This document shows, piece by piece, positions 50,813 to 60,116 of a stretch of 64,000 nucleotides of DNA (position 1 is its first letter; each line of letters begins with the position of its first letter). This DNA is from an uncultured virus (IMG/VR IMGVR_UViG_3300013102_000031) (taxonomy: Duplodnaviria > Heunggongvirae > Uroviricota > Caudoviricetes). The notes beneath the pieces were generated by a model. The model saw only the letters and a list, made by a program, of their open reading frames with translations. It made no database searches and had not been told where the DNA came from. A program made the translations under genes and the position numbers. The DNA lies in IMG/VR virus record IMGVR_UViG_3300013102_000031; one strand, 5' to 3'.

Positions 50813-51125
50813 CTGGGGCTACCTTTGGTACATCCTGAATGGAAACTTTCTTAGGGAGGCTGTCAATCTTAGAAATAGTGGCTTGAGCCTTATCTTGCTG
50901 AACTTGTTTCTCAGATTGATATTCAGATGTGATGGTGTCACTTATTTTACAAGACTCAACCTGCAAGTTAAGGGACTTTTGTAATGATGTATTCGCATCA
51001 ATAGCTACCACTAGTGCTGATTCAGCTTCAGCCTGTGTTCCATAGAAATGATAACTTAATGCACCAAACAATCCAGATAAGGCCATAAAGAATACTAGGA
51101 TGTAAGATGTAATAGAATTACTCAT
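50709..51125 (-). CDS. i-spanin (Rz-like)
   Basis: N-terminal TM, coiled coil, C-terminal Cys. Confidence 0.8.
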   Translation of the reverse strand: MSNSITSYILVFFMALSGLFGALSYHFYGTQAEAESALVVAIDANTSLQKSLNLQVESCKISDTITSEYQSEKQVQQDKAQATISKIDSLPKKVSIQDVPKVAPDAEIDIDSALPSDLVRMLSESCLPDEGDTCVPTK

Positions 51126-51345
51126 CTTCTGGATGCTCCTCTTCATATTGCTTGATAAACTTACCTACAGAGCCCATCACCGCAATAGATCCCATTGCAA
51201 CCACAATCCATACAGGGCTAATAGTTGCTAGTCCAATACCTAATGCAAGACTAGCACCATACGCAATTGAGACAAGAACATTAGCAAAGAGAGAAAGGGC
51301 CGAGTAACTTTTTAGGTGTTGCTTCCAGTTATTTATTACTTTCAT
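51118..51345 (-). CDS. holin (two TM)
   Basis: IxNWK...SYS start, two TMs, between endolysin and spanins. Confidence 0.7.
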   Translation of the reverse strand: MKVINNWKQHLKSYSALSLFANVLVSIAYGASLALGIGLATISPVWIVVAMGSIAVMGSVGKFIKQYEEEHPEDE

Positions 51346-51883
51346 TAGCTAAGTCCTTTACTTCTTGTGGTACGTCACCTAGACACCACTTATATTCTTT
51401 AGTGGCTCTGACAACCAAACCATTCATTTTAACTTTAATACCCTCATGATTCTTACCATAAACAAATCTAGTAAGTTGTTCACAAACTAGCTCGTGTTTT
51501 CCAGCATTGAAGTACGAAAGCATTGTACTTGATTGGAGAGTACCGATACCTTTATTGTAAGTAAAATCAAGCATCGCTCCGTATTCCCAATCAGATTTGA
51601 ATGGACCTTTTGTAACTGAACGGAGTTGTTTATCATGCTTGATCAAGTCTTTTGCAAAGATATCTACACATTGATCATAAGTGAAAGTTTGCCCTAACTT
51701 CACTTCCGGTCCTGTATGGCCAAGACAATTTGTCGGGACTCTTCCAGTATCTAAATAAGTGTGAAGAATAGGTTGACCATTAGGAGCTTCGGAGGGCGCT
51801 GTTAAGAACGCCCCAGTCAAAGCCAAGGAGCCAGCAAGACCAACCCCAAGAAGTTTTTTATACAAATTAGAGTTGGCTGACAT
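51329..51883 (-). CDS. SAR endolysin, GH24 lysozyme
   Basis: Gly/Ala-rich N-terminal anchor after KK, E...YLD...PT...GHT, FTYNKG, GLVVR. Confidence 0.88.
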   Translation of the reverse strand: MSANSNLYKKLLGVGLAGSLALTGAFLTAPSEAPNGQPILHTYLDTGRVPTNCLGHTGPEVKLGQTFTYDQCVDIFAKDLIKHDKQLRSVTKGPFKSDWEYGAMLDFTYNKGIGTLQSSTMLSYFNAGKHELVCEQLTRFVYGKNHEGIKVKMNGLVVRATKEYKWCLGDVPQEVKDLANESNK

Positions 51884-51891
51884 CTATTAGA

Positions 51892-52461
51892 TTACCAAAT
51901 AATTGCGTTAATTTGAGCTACAGTAGTAGCAGCATCTACAGCAGCTAGTTTAGAAACAAGAAGAACTTGGTTTTCTTTGATATGTTCATTCATATCCCCC
52001 ATCACACCTACTAACTCTTCTGCTGTATGGTCTTTCCAAGTGTAACGTGTGCCATCAGAAGCCCATAGAGGCTCTGATCCCCCTGTATGATTTGCAACAG
52101 CATAGCGGATAGTGATATTGATTTGGTCAACTGTACGGCAGTCATAGTTATGAACAGTACCTAATGCAGAAGATGTAAAGGAAGTTCTTTCAATCTCATC
52201 ATCACAGTTTTGTCTAAGCTCTACTATTTTACTAACAACTGCCTGAGCCAGAGTTGGTCCAGTTTGTGGAGGGGAGAAAGTAGTTCCGTCATATGTCCAT
52301 CTCTGCTGTGGTTGAGGATCCAGGTCGGTGATATCCACCATCATGGCAACCATGTTGGGCGTATATCTATCCTCGATTGGGACGTCGACGCCATCCGGAT
52401 TCACATACGGCGGGATAACCTCAGAAACAGCTCCATCCTCAATTAGCGCGTAAGTTTTCAT
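51892..52461 (-). CDS. tail fiber assembly chaperone (DUF4376-like)
   Basis: Follows the fiber; FTSSALG..H.Y...DQIN...HTA...AIIW. Confidence 0.75.
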   Translation of the reverse strand: MKTYALIEDGAVSEVIPPYVNPDGVDVPIEDRYTPNMVAMMVDITDLDPQPQQRWTYDGTTFSPPQTGPTLAQAVVSKIVELRQNCDDEIERTSFTSSALGTVHNYDCRTVDQINITIRYAVANHTGGSEPLWASDGTRYTWKDHTAEELVGVMGDMNEHIKENQVLLVSKLAAVDAATTVAQINAIIW

Positions 52462-53760
52462 TTATGCATACTCCCAAATAATTACGATACCTGGAGCGCC
52501 ATTACCACCTATACGCGAGCTGCCTGCGCTTGGAATATTAGAGGTTGCTCCGCCGCCGGAACCAAAAGACGTAGAAGCTGTGCCGTTGGTTCCGGCGGCG
52601 GTATATTGAGCGCCGGGCCCGAATATCGTACCGCCCGGCAGAGCGCCAACAATAAGCCCTGCTGCCTGCGAAATCATGTTAATGCTAGCGCTTCCAACAT
52701 TTGAGGTTATATTTCCGCCCGTAGGGGCTGGGCTATTTAGTGAGAACGTATCAAATTGGCCGCCTGACGGCCCTGCGATTGGGCCGCCTCGTCCGCCAGG
52801 GCAACTGATACCAGCGCCAAACGACGACGTCCCTCCGTTACCGCCCGCCGAAGCCGTTACCCCAGCGCCACCAGCCCCGACTACAACAGTTGCACCTGAA
52901 AACCCAGAAGACAGAAGGCTCTTGGCGTATGAGCCTGCGCCACCAGGCGCACCGATTGCATTCTGCCCTGCGCCTGTTGCTACTGCACCACCGCCCGCGC
53001 CGCCTGCAGCCTGAACTTCTACGATTACTCTCGCGGTGCCTGGTGTTGGCGTATAAGTGAAGGTGCCGGGAGTACTGAAAATCTGAGGCGCACCAAGCAG
53101 CCTACCTCCAGACGTATTCACACCAGTACTAGCAATCAATACCCACGAACCCCCACCAATAGATGAGTTCCACTGAAGCCACACATCGCCATTTACAGAG
53201 ATAACTCCCATTGTTAGGGCTGTATGACCAGTACCAACAATGGGGGCTGCTGTAATAACACCATTATTTGGTGTAAAGGTAGATGCGCCGGTGTTGGCAT
53301 TGAGTGCCTTAAACCTCAACACCATACCATCAACAAGTGTTTTTACTACAGGAACATAGTCAGCTTTATAGGTGTTTGCTGTGCCCGTATCCAATGCATA
53401 AATAGGGCTGCCAGACTGGTTTCTGAAGGCTTGGCGCCAGTATGAATTAGTGGTATCTGTGGTTGGGTTTTGGTTGGTGCTGCTTTGCACAGCTTCGTAA
53501 ATAAGACCATCACTACCTTGTACAAACGCTTTAGGGGCAGATGCAGTGAAGTAGTAATCTTGTGTACTAGACCAAACACTAATACCCTTTTGGAAGATAT
53601 GAACAAGAGCATTATCTTGACGATTCTGTGACCAGTTCTCCCACTGAAATGGTGGAACTTCAGCAGTCCAACCAGTTTGAATCTTAGCGTTGCTAGGAGC
53701 TACAATAGCCCCACCACTTGACCATTGGTAGGTAAAGTCTGGACGTGAAATCTCTGTCAT
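52462..53760 (-). CDS. tail fiber protein with Gly-rich C-terminal domain
   Basis: N-terminal GW..E.PP.QWENW fiber anchor; F.....TYTP...GAGGAGG...GIVIIWEY. Confidence 0.85.
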   Translation of the reverse strand: MTEISRPDFTYQWSSGGAIVAPSNAKIQTGWTAEVPPFQWENWSQNRQDNALVHIFQKGISVWSSTQDYYFTASAPKAFVQGSDGLIYEAVQSSTNQNPTTDTTNSYWRQAFRNQSGSPIYALDTGTANTYKADYVPVVKTLVDGMVLRFKALNANTGASTFTPNNGVITAAPIVGTGHTALTMGVISVNGDVWLQWNSSIGGGSWVLIASTGVNTSGGRLLGAPQIFSTPGTFTYTPTPGTARVIVEVQAAGGAGGGAVATGAGQNAIGAPGGAGSYAKSLLSSGFSGATVVVGAGGAGVTASAGGNGGTSSFGAGISCPGGRGGPIAGPSGGQFDTFSLNSPAPTGGNITSNVGSASINMISQAAGLIVGALPGGTIFGPGAQYTAAGTNGTASTSFGSGGGATSNIPSAGSSRIGGNGAPGIVIIWEYA

Positions 53761-53776
53761 TTAATAATTTCCTTTG

Positions 53777-54538
53777 TTAGATGAGCTGAGCATATTGCCC
53801 ACCCAATGATAAATCGCTCAAGTCTCCATACCCTTTGGCATTAGGAAAGCCTTGAAATCCAAAAACGTTATCAGCAATAAATTCCCCAAAGTTCACTCTT
53901 ACACCAATTGGTTTTGGAATGAATCTTGAAGGGTAACCAGAAGAATATGAGGTGTAGTTGAGCAATACTTTTTCAAAAGATGTAAGCTCTCTGCCCATCA
54001 TCAAAGTAAATTCAGCATTACCTTCAGCAACAATCAAGTTGATATCAATACCGAAGACAAACTGCATAAATTCAATAAATTGATTTGGTGTTGCATTTGT
54101 ATTATTCTTAATAATCTTAGCTTTAATAAACAAACGATACTGTTCGTCTGTCAGTAGTGTGTTACCAGCTAGTGGATTATTGATATCGTAATACGGGCCA
54201 CCTAAAGATGGATTGTTCAAGTCGCCATATGACTGAGCATCTGGATAACCAACAAAAGCAAAGAAGGTAAGAAGTGCTGTGTCAATAAGTTCTCTAGGTT
54301 GACCAACAATATCTCCAATGATGTCTAGTTGAGCACCGACAGCAGTGTCAAGAGAACGTTCTTGCATAAGTTGACGGAAGACTTCTTGAAGCTCAATCTT
54401 TCCGCCAAGGAGGAGTTGGAGGTACTTATCGAACACGATTGGCCCAGAACCGTCAGCATCTAGCATAAATTGCTGAGTTACACGAGAACGAGCAACAGAG
54501 AGGTATTCTTCTATGAAAAATTGATTTAGCTCAGACAT
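53777..54538 (-). CDS. baseplate wedge protein (DUF2612-like)
   Basis: LDTAVGAQLDIIGDIVG, LTDEQYRLFIKAKI. Confidence 0.85.
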   Translation of the reverse strand: MSELNQFFIEEYLSVARSRVTQQFMLDADGSGPIVFDKYLQLLLGGKIELQEVFRQLMQERSLDTAVGAQLDIIGDIVGQPRELIDTALLTFFAFVGYPDAQSYGDLNNPSLGGPYYDINNPLAGNTLLTDEQYRLFIKAKIIKNNTNATPNQFIEFMQFVFGIDINLIVAEGNAEFTLMMGRELTSFEKVLLNYTSYSSGYPSRFIPKPIGVRVNFGEFIADNVFGFQGFPNAKGYGDLSDLSLGGQYAQLI

Positions 54539-54547
54539 AGAAGCCCC

Positions 54548-55987
54548 TTATGTAATGATGATGTTGACGCTTGACAGGGATGCTATCTGGTCAAAGTTTA
54601 TAACTACGTTACTAGTACCGACAGGACTTGGTGAAGTGCCAATCTTCAAAGATACAACTTCATGGCCGGGGATAGAATTTATTGGAGTATACAAACGGCT
54701 ATAAATAACATCATCACCTGTACCTAAGTTATCAGCGAAGTATTGAATCAAGGCACTCTGGATAGCTGCGTTACCATTAGCTGGGAAGTTGACATTAGTG
54801 GTGATGTCAATACTAATGTAGATAACAACAGGGGTTGGTCTAGAGAAGCTTACGTCGTGAGCGATGCCCTGTATATCGTTAATTGATACGGTAGTATTGC
54901 CATAACTCAAAATACCAATTGGTTTGTTATCCCAAATAGCATTTGCAATATCTGTACTCAAACCACCAACAACGATTGGAAGAAAGCTGTGTGCAGGAAC
55001 ACCATTACCATCTACAACACTTGTATCATTCTCATAAATAGTTACTTCACTAACATTATCTAAGTTGATGAGAGCGGAGTAGATAGCATCTAAAGTGTTA
55101 GTTGCACGATCAAACTTACCGTTACGAAAGCGTAAACGAAGCTGCTCATCCGTCTCACGATCTTCGCCGGGAGTTGCTGCAATTGGGTTGATTACACTGT
55201 CCCAACCAAGCATCGGTGTGAGGATAGTGTCAACGGTGTTTGCAGGCTGTACGATAATGCCGGAATTAACAGCAACAACTTCACCAACTGTTCGTACTTT
55301 GTTAATACCAAGATTAACAGATGTTGTAAAGTTAACAGTCTGGAAGATATCTAAACGATCAATTACAAGCGTTGTGCCAACAACTGAAGATACAAGACTA
55401 GGATGAGCACCAGCAATAACGCCTTGCAACCCAGCCAAGATTTCAGCTACAGTAGCACTTGCATCAGATGTAAATGTGATGGTGTTAGAGGTTGTTGTAT
55501 TGGTATAAGTGATGGTGTAAGCTGTGCTATTCTGTAAGGTGACTACGGAGACGGTGATACCGCTAGCGTTGCTGGGAGATAGAGAAATAGCACCAACTGT
55601 AGTGAATTGTTCACCAGTTGTAGAGCTACTTACTGTCTGTCCAACAGGGATAAGAGTGTTCGTATCCCCAGCTACCAGAATAGATGATGTGGTGAAAGTT
55701 TGTTCTTTACGTGTAATACCAGCGTATGCTACCAGATTATCTAGAGCAATCCCTGTTGCAGAGTTTGGGTCAAAGGCTGCGTATACTTCTTGAGCAGCTT
55801 CCCAAAGGTCAGCTTCACTTGGAGCAGCTAGGGAGATTAGGCGACCTAGTGCTGAAGAGTCTGAAACGTCGACCGTATCACCGGGAATCGTCAAATCTTG
55901 AAATAATTGAACAGCCAAGGCCCTGTCATCAGCAAGGATATCAGCCAATCTTTTTATAATAAATCCCTGATCAGTAATACCTGCCAT
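54548..55987 (-). CDS. baseplate J-like protein
   Basis: ATGIALD, GEDRETDEQLRLR, YENDT, FSRP. Confidence 0.9.
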   Translation of the reverse strand: MAGITDQGFIIKRLADILADDRALAVQLFQDLTIPGDTVDVSDSSALGRLISLAAPSEADLWEAAQEVYAAFDPNSATGIALDNLVAYAGITRKEQTFTTSSILVAGDTNTLIPVGQTVSSSTTGEQFTTVGAISLSPSNASGITVSVVTLQNSTAYTITYTNTTTSNTITFTSDASATVAEILAGLQGVIAGAHPSLVSSVVGTTLVIDRLDIFQTVNFTTSVNLGINKVRTVGEVVAVNSGIIVQPANTVDTILTPMLGWDSVINPIAATPGEDRETDEQLRLRFRNGKFDRATNTLDAIYSALINLDNVSEVTIYENDTSVVDGNGVPAHSFLPIVVGGLSTDIANAIWDNKPIGILSYGNTTVSINDIQGIAHDVSFSRPTPVVIYISIDITTNVNFPANGNAAIQSALIQYFADNLGTGDDVIYSRLYTPINSIPGHEVVSLKIGTSPSPVGTSNVVINFDQIASLSSVNIIIT

Positions 55988-56918
55988 TAGCTAGATCCTT
56001 ATACTGGTTTGTTTGAAAATCTACTAGTTCCCCCAAATCTGTAATAGATATGGTTTCAGTAAATCCGCTGGGAAGTTCCCATTGTGAAAAATATGAACCG
56101 AATGTTTTCCTAATCAACCTTTCATGTAGCTGGGCATCGAGACCTGTTGAATAATCCCAAGAGTAAGCTAATTCAAAATTAATATCTAATGGACGACAGT
56201 CTCTTTTGTGTTCGTAAAGACGTCTTTCAATATCACAAGTAATCCCGTACTTATAACCTTGTAAGATATTATCTTCAGAAATCACTCGTAGAATATATAG
56301 CTTTGCTGGTAACGAAGGGTTGAAGCCTGAAAAGGCACAGTGAGGACAGGCACAGTTTCTCCTAATACTGCCTATTTTAGTTATCCAATCCTTACCACAA
56401 AAATCGCAATTAAGACTAAACTCTATTTCTCTGACCCTTTTCTCGATCTTGTAATCTACAAAGTTAACTGTAAAATTATTCTTCTGACCTTTTTCAGAAA
56501 CCTTATTAAAAAGATCTTCTTTAGATGGACGAGTGTTGTTTGCACAAACCCTACAACCTTTTTGACTAAAAGCAACGCCACTGTAAGTACCTTCCCAGTG
56601 GAAGTCACAAGTATTACATTTTAGTTTTATAGGGTCGTGGGACTTACCAATAACTTCGTCTAATAGGGTAATACCAAGTTTATTAAGAATCGGCAACATT
56701 CTTTCAATTTTTCTCTCAGAGTTCGTGCCAAACTTACCACTACAAATACAAGGCTTCCGGCCTGATAAAATTGAAGCTGCTGTTACAGTGGAAACCAGAG
56801 AACAGATAATACATTTAACGGTAAACCTTGATCGTTGATTTTTGCCAAACTCTAGAACTTCGTAATTAGCCCCATTTTGGGAGTAAATACTATCTTTATA
56901 ATATTCTGATAAAAGCAT
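55971..56918 (-). CDS. Zn-ribbon plus GIY-YIG-like homing endonuclease inserted in the baseplate operon
   Basis: Multiple CxxC; GFNPSLPAKLYIL...YKYGIT...ERRL...E...GFTET. Confidence 0.75.
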   Translation of the reverse strand: MLLSEYYKDSIYSQNGANYEVLEFGKNQRSRFTVKCIICSLVSTVTAASILSGRKPCICSGKFGTNSERKIERMLPILNKLGITLLDEVIGKSHDPIKLKCNTCDFHWEGTYSGVAFSQKGCRVCANNTRPSKEDLFNKVSEKGQKNNFTVNFVDYKIEKRVREIEFSLNCDFCGKDWITKIGSIRRNCACPHCAFSGFNPSLPAKLYILRVISEDNILQGYKYGITCDIERRLYEHKRDCRPLDINFELAYSWDYSTGLDAQLHERLIRKTFGSYFSQWELPSGFTETISITDLGELVDFQTNQYKDLANGRYY

Positions 56919-56920
56919 AT

Positions 56921-57295
56921 TCAATTCAACGGATCAAGAGAAATGGGTGTTGTAATTTCCCCAGTAACAACTCTTACGCTGAATACCAGAGAATACTTAC
57001 GATTTACAAAAGTAGAATTAAAGGTAACAATTTCCTTTACACCCTGCTCTTTTAATATTTCCTGTTGGAAAATCAGATCAGCCGCTGCTTTAGAAGTTTG
57101 CTTTTGTCCAAGGAGTCTTTGGAACCAAGGAACACCATAAGTAGTGTCCAAAAACCATTCTTGACGAAAAGTAAGTAAACGTATCTTTAGCCGTTGTCCA
57201 ACAGTTTCAGTAAGAGGTTGAGTTGTATCTTCTCTCTGCAATGGCCCGTTGTGCCAGATAATATCCCAAGATGCGGGCTCAAGTTTGAAGTCCAA
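56921..57295 (-). CDS. baseplate wedge / sheath initiator (gp25-like)
   Basis: QRLKIRL...EWFLDTTYGVPW; TTG start after AAGGAG. Confidence 0.8.
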   Translation of the reverse strand: MDFKLEPASWDIIWHNGPLQREDTTQPLTETVGQRLKIRLLTFRQEWFLDTTYGVPWFQRLLGQKQTSKAAADLIFQQEILKEQGVKEIVTFNSTFVNRKYSLVFSVRVVTGEITTPISLDPLN

Positions 57296-57305
57296 AAGTA
57301 TCTCC

Positions 57306-58091
57306 TTATGCTGTAGGAGTACCAGAAGTACCACCGCCAACTGTAACGCCAATGTGTTTGTGGGTAGAGAATGGAATACCGTTGAAGGTTGCAATCCCAG
57401 TGATTGTATAATTACCAATTTGAACAAGATTACCTTGTAGGTTGATATTACCAATCCAAGTTGTAACGTCCGCATCAACTACCATACTTGGGGTATTCAA
57501 ATTAATGCTTGTTGCAGCATTAATAGTGACGTCGGAACCTTCAATAATAATCGGCATATTGCTTGTTGTAATTCCAATACTGCCGTCTGACTTAATTCTA
57601 ACTTCAGCTTCTACGCCACCAAGATTGCCGAATAGAACAGTATCCTTAGTATCGTGAGTGAGTACATGCTTTGCTGGGTTATTAACAGCTACACCGGGAG
57701 GCTGAATCCCCGGAAGGAATATTGCATCTCCTTTGTCCATCTTGGCAAAGTTGGCTGGACTAGATGGTCTGCCATTTCCACCTTTCCAACCATCCATATT
57801 TCTCATCGAGAATATTGCCATACCCGTATCCCCAACTTCAATTGGGAATGTGAAGCCTGCCTTCTTAGAGACTTGGAACGAGATAGGAACACCGCCAATA
57901 GTGGGGTACTCTTTTACAGTCCCGTCTTGAAACTTTTGATTGATGGTTGGTTGGATATCTACCATCTGCCCATTTAATCCGTCACGTACAGCAACAACGA
58001 TACAAGGAATATTGGTAAAGACATTATCCATCTGACTATCGAAAGCGCTTACTAGAGAGGCTTGGATAGCTGCTACAGCTTCTGAACTCAT
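57306..58091 (-). CDS. baseplate central spike (gpV / gp138-like)
   Basis: VDIQP, PIEVGDTG, DAIFLPG, C-terminal beta repeats with HKH.GV..G...SG.P. Confidence 0.88.
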   Translation of the reverse strand: MSSEAVAAIQASLVSAFDSQMDNVFTNIPCIVVAVRDGLNGQMVDIQPTINQKFQDGTVKEYPTIGGVPISFQVSKKAGFTFPIEVGDTGMAIFSMRNMDGWKGGNGRPSSPANFAKMDKGDAIFLPGIQPPGVAVNNPAKHVLTHDTKDTVLFGNLGGVEAEVRIKSDGSIGITTSNMPIIIEGSDVTINAATSINLNTPSMVVDADVTTWIGNINLQGNLVQIGNYTITGIATFNGIPFSTHKHIGVTVGGGTSGTPTA

Positions 58092-58990
58092 TTAGTTGCA
58101 GCTCCTTGTTGAATAACTTTCTCAAGACTAGTAGCACGTATCTCAGTGTACCAACCTGAACTTCTCCAACCACCAGAATGTCTTAAAGTGTCCACCTTAA
58201 ACCACCCAGTAATTAACGTATCTTCAAGCCTAATGATATCACCCGCCCGTATGTCGGGATTTAACAGAATCTTCATCTGTACACCGGGCTTTTTAACTTT
58301 ATCTTTCTTAGAGCGTTGTCGATCACCAGAAACTCTGTAAGCACTTTCAATTAAGCCCGTACCTTCCGATATAACATAAGCTTGCTGAAAGTTCTCAGAG
58401 TTTCCTCTGTCATTGTCATGAATATAGACAACACCATCATCTAGTTGCCAGTTGCAAGCGTACTTCTCACAAATCTCATCCAACATCTCTTTGGGCGTGC
58501 CGCTTAGTGGATATCCGTATATGAGAGGATTGCTAAGATTAGTTCCGTTAAATACTCCACGATCTGCACCAATGGCCTTGATAAGCCGATTAGCTGCATC
58601 TTTAGGGCTTTGGCCTTCTGGGACAAACTCAGATAAAACTTGATGGTTAAGTTCGGTGTAGCCTGTACCCATTGTGATTTGGGTAACACGATCAGTACCT
58701 GATTTACGTGTTGAGGTGTGGGTTACTTGACCTGAAAATAGACGCTTGGGCCCACCAGTATCCAAGTAACCAGCGCTGAAGACTGCTGCTGGGTAGTCAG
58801 TATCTAGGAGTTTGATATGCTCAAGAGATAGGTTGTACACTTCAATACTTGCACTATTAGTTTTCTTTTTATTATCTGAGCTTTTACTAATGTCAAATGT
58901 AACTTGAAGATCAGTGACCTGCAAACCTTCTCCAGTCTGAAAATCCCCAATGATAAGTTCGTACTGGCGATTCCTCTGGATTAAGTCCAT
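58088..58990 (-). CDS. baseplate hub protein
   Basis: FDISKS...N...IEVYNL, AGY, LLNP; synteny. Confidence 0.8.
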   Translation of the reverse strand: MDLIQRNRQYELIIGDFQTGEGLQVTDLQVTFDISKSSDNKKKTNSASIEVYNLSLEHIKLLDTDYPAAVFSAGYLDTGGPKRLFSGQVTHTSTRKSGTDRVTQITMGTGYTELNHQVLSEFVPEGQSPKDAANRLIKAIGADRGVFNGTNLSNPLIYGYPLSGTPKEMLDEICEKYACNWQLDDGVVYIHDNDRGNSENFQQAYVISEGTGLIESAYRVSGDRQRSKKDKVKKPGVQMKILLNPDIRAGDIIRLEDTLITGWFKVDTLRHSGGWRSSGWYTEIRATSLEKVIQQGAATK

Positions 58991-59328
58991 TAATCTTCCT
59001 CGGTGGTATAGATGTAGAAGAGATTGTAATACTGATCAATTGAATCAGGATAAACTTTATAAGGTTCACTAATAATATCTGCTTTCTCTTCCATCCAGAT
59101 AAATCCTGTCAACGGAAAGATTGCATAGTCCAAGAATATTGGATAATTAGGAACTAGAGCTTCACCTAAAACAACAGGATTGTTATCAGCATCATACAAA
59201 TTGATAAAGTACAGCTTAGCCCTTTCATTATAGATAAACTCAAAGATGTATGAGTCACCTTGAAAGGCTATGGTATAAGTGTAATATGTGTCACCAAACA
59301 AAGGCATTGCTATATATTTATCAGCCAT
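58990..59328 (-). CDS. virion structural protein
   Basis: F.YNER motif; synteny. Confidence 0.7.
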   Translation of the reverse strand: MADKYIAMPLFGDTYYTYTIAFQGDSYIFEFIYNERAKLYFINLYDADNNPVVLGEALVPNYPIFLDYAIFPLTGFIWMEEKADIISEPYKVYPDSIDQYYNLFYIYTTEED

Positions 59329-60106
59329 TAGCTCTTGCCTGCCTTAGCGGATCAGTGTCTTTAGGGGAGTTACCACTACCAACATCTTGTGGTGTACTGT
59401 CTTGTTTACCTTTAGAGTTCTTACTAGAAGCTTTCTTTTTCAAAGCATCCTGCACATCTTTGGGAATGACAGTTTTCTTCAAGAAAGCAAAAGTAACTTG
59501 CTCAAACGTGATGTCACAATAAAGACCATACCCAGTGTTAGGATCTTCTTTGAAAGTAATCTTAGTCATTACAAGATTATTGATTACTTTACGTAGCAGT
59601 GTGTTATCATACTCAAACAAGCGTACGAGCTGAATACTCGGATCAAATTGACCGGTCTTGTCGTTAAAAACAACACCGGCAGTAAGATCAATAAGAGCTT
59701 GTCTAATCTGCTCAATAAGATCAGCACGCCTACTATCAATAACTACTTCAGGAGTACTGTCTGACAGAAACTGACCAATGCTGTCCGGGATAAACTTCTT
59801 CAAGACACTTTGATCTGTGGAGTTTACACTAACAGCATTAGGAGCTTCGTTACTGTTGTAAGGGTTGTTGCCATCCAAGTCTTGAATTAGGTAAGTACCA
59901 GTAGAGATATCTACACCAGTAATTACGGCACCAATTGTAAAGGTGGGATTATTACGGATAAAGTGATCAGTAACATTAGATCCGCCGTCAATTGGGTGTT
60001 TTGTCACACTACCAGTATAACTTTGAGTGTACGCGACCGTCGCATCCAGATAGATGAATCCGCCATCTTGAATTGAGGAGTCACCCCATTCGATTGCCAA
60101 ACTCAT
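59321..60106 (-). CDS. tail/baseplate organisation protein (Dit-like)
   Basis: VTKHPIDGGSNVTDH; follows the tape measure gene. Confidence 0.75.
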   Translation of the reverse strand: MSLAIEWGDSSIQDGGFIYLDATVAYTQSYTGSVTKHPIDGGSNVTDHFIRNNPTFTIGAVITGVDISTGTYLIQDLDGNNPYNSNEAPNAVSVNSTDQSVLKKFIPDSIGQFLSDSTPEVVIDSRRADLIEQIRQALIDLTAGVVFNDKTGQFDPSIQLVRLFEYDNTLLRKVINNLVMTKITFKEDPNTGYGLYCDITFEQVTFAFLKKTVIPKDVQDALKKKASSKNSKGKQDSTPQDVGSGNSPKDTDPLRQARANG

Positions 60107-60116
60107 AGGTGACTCC

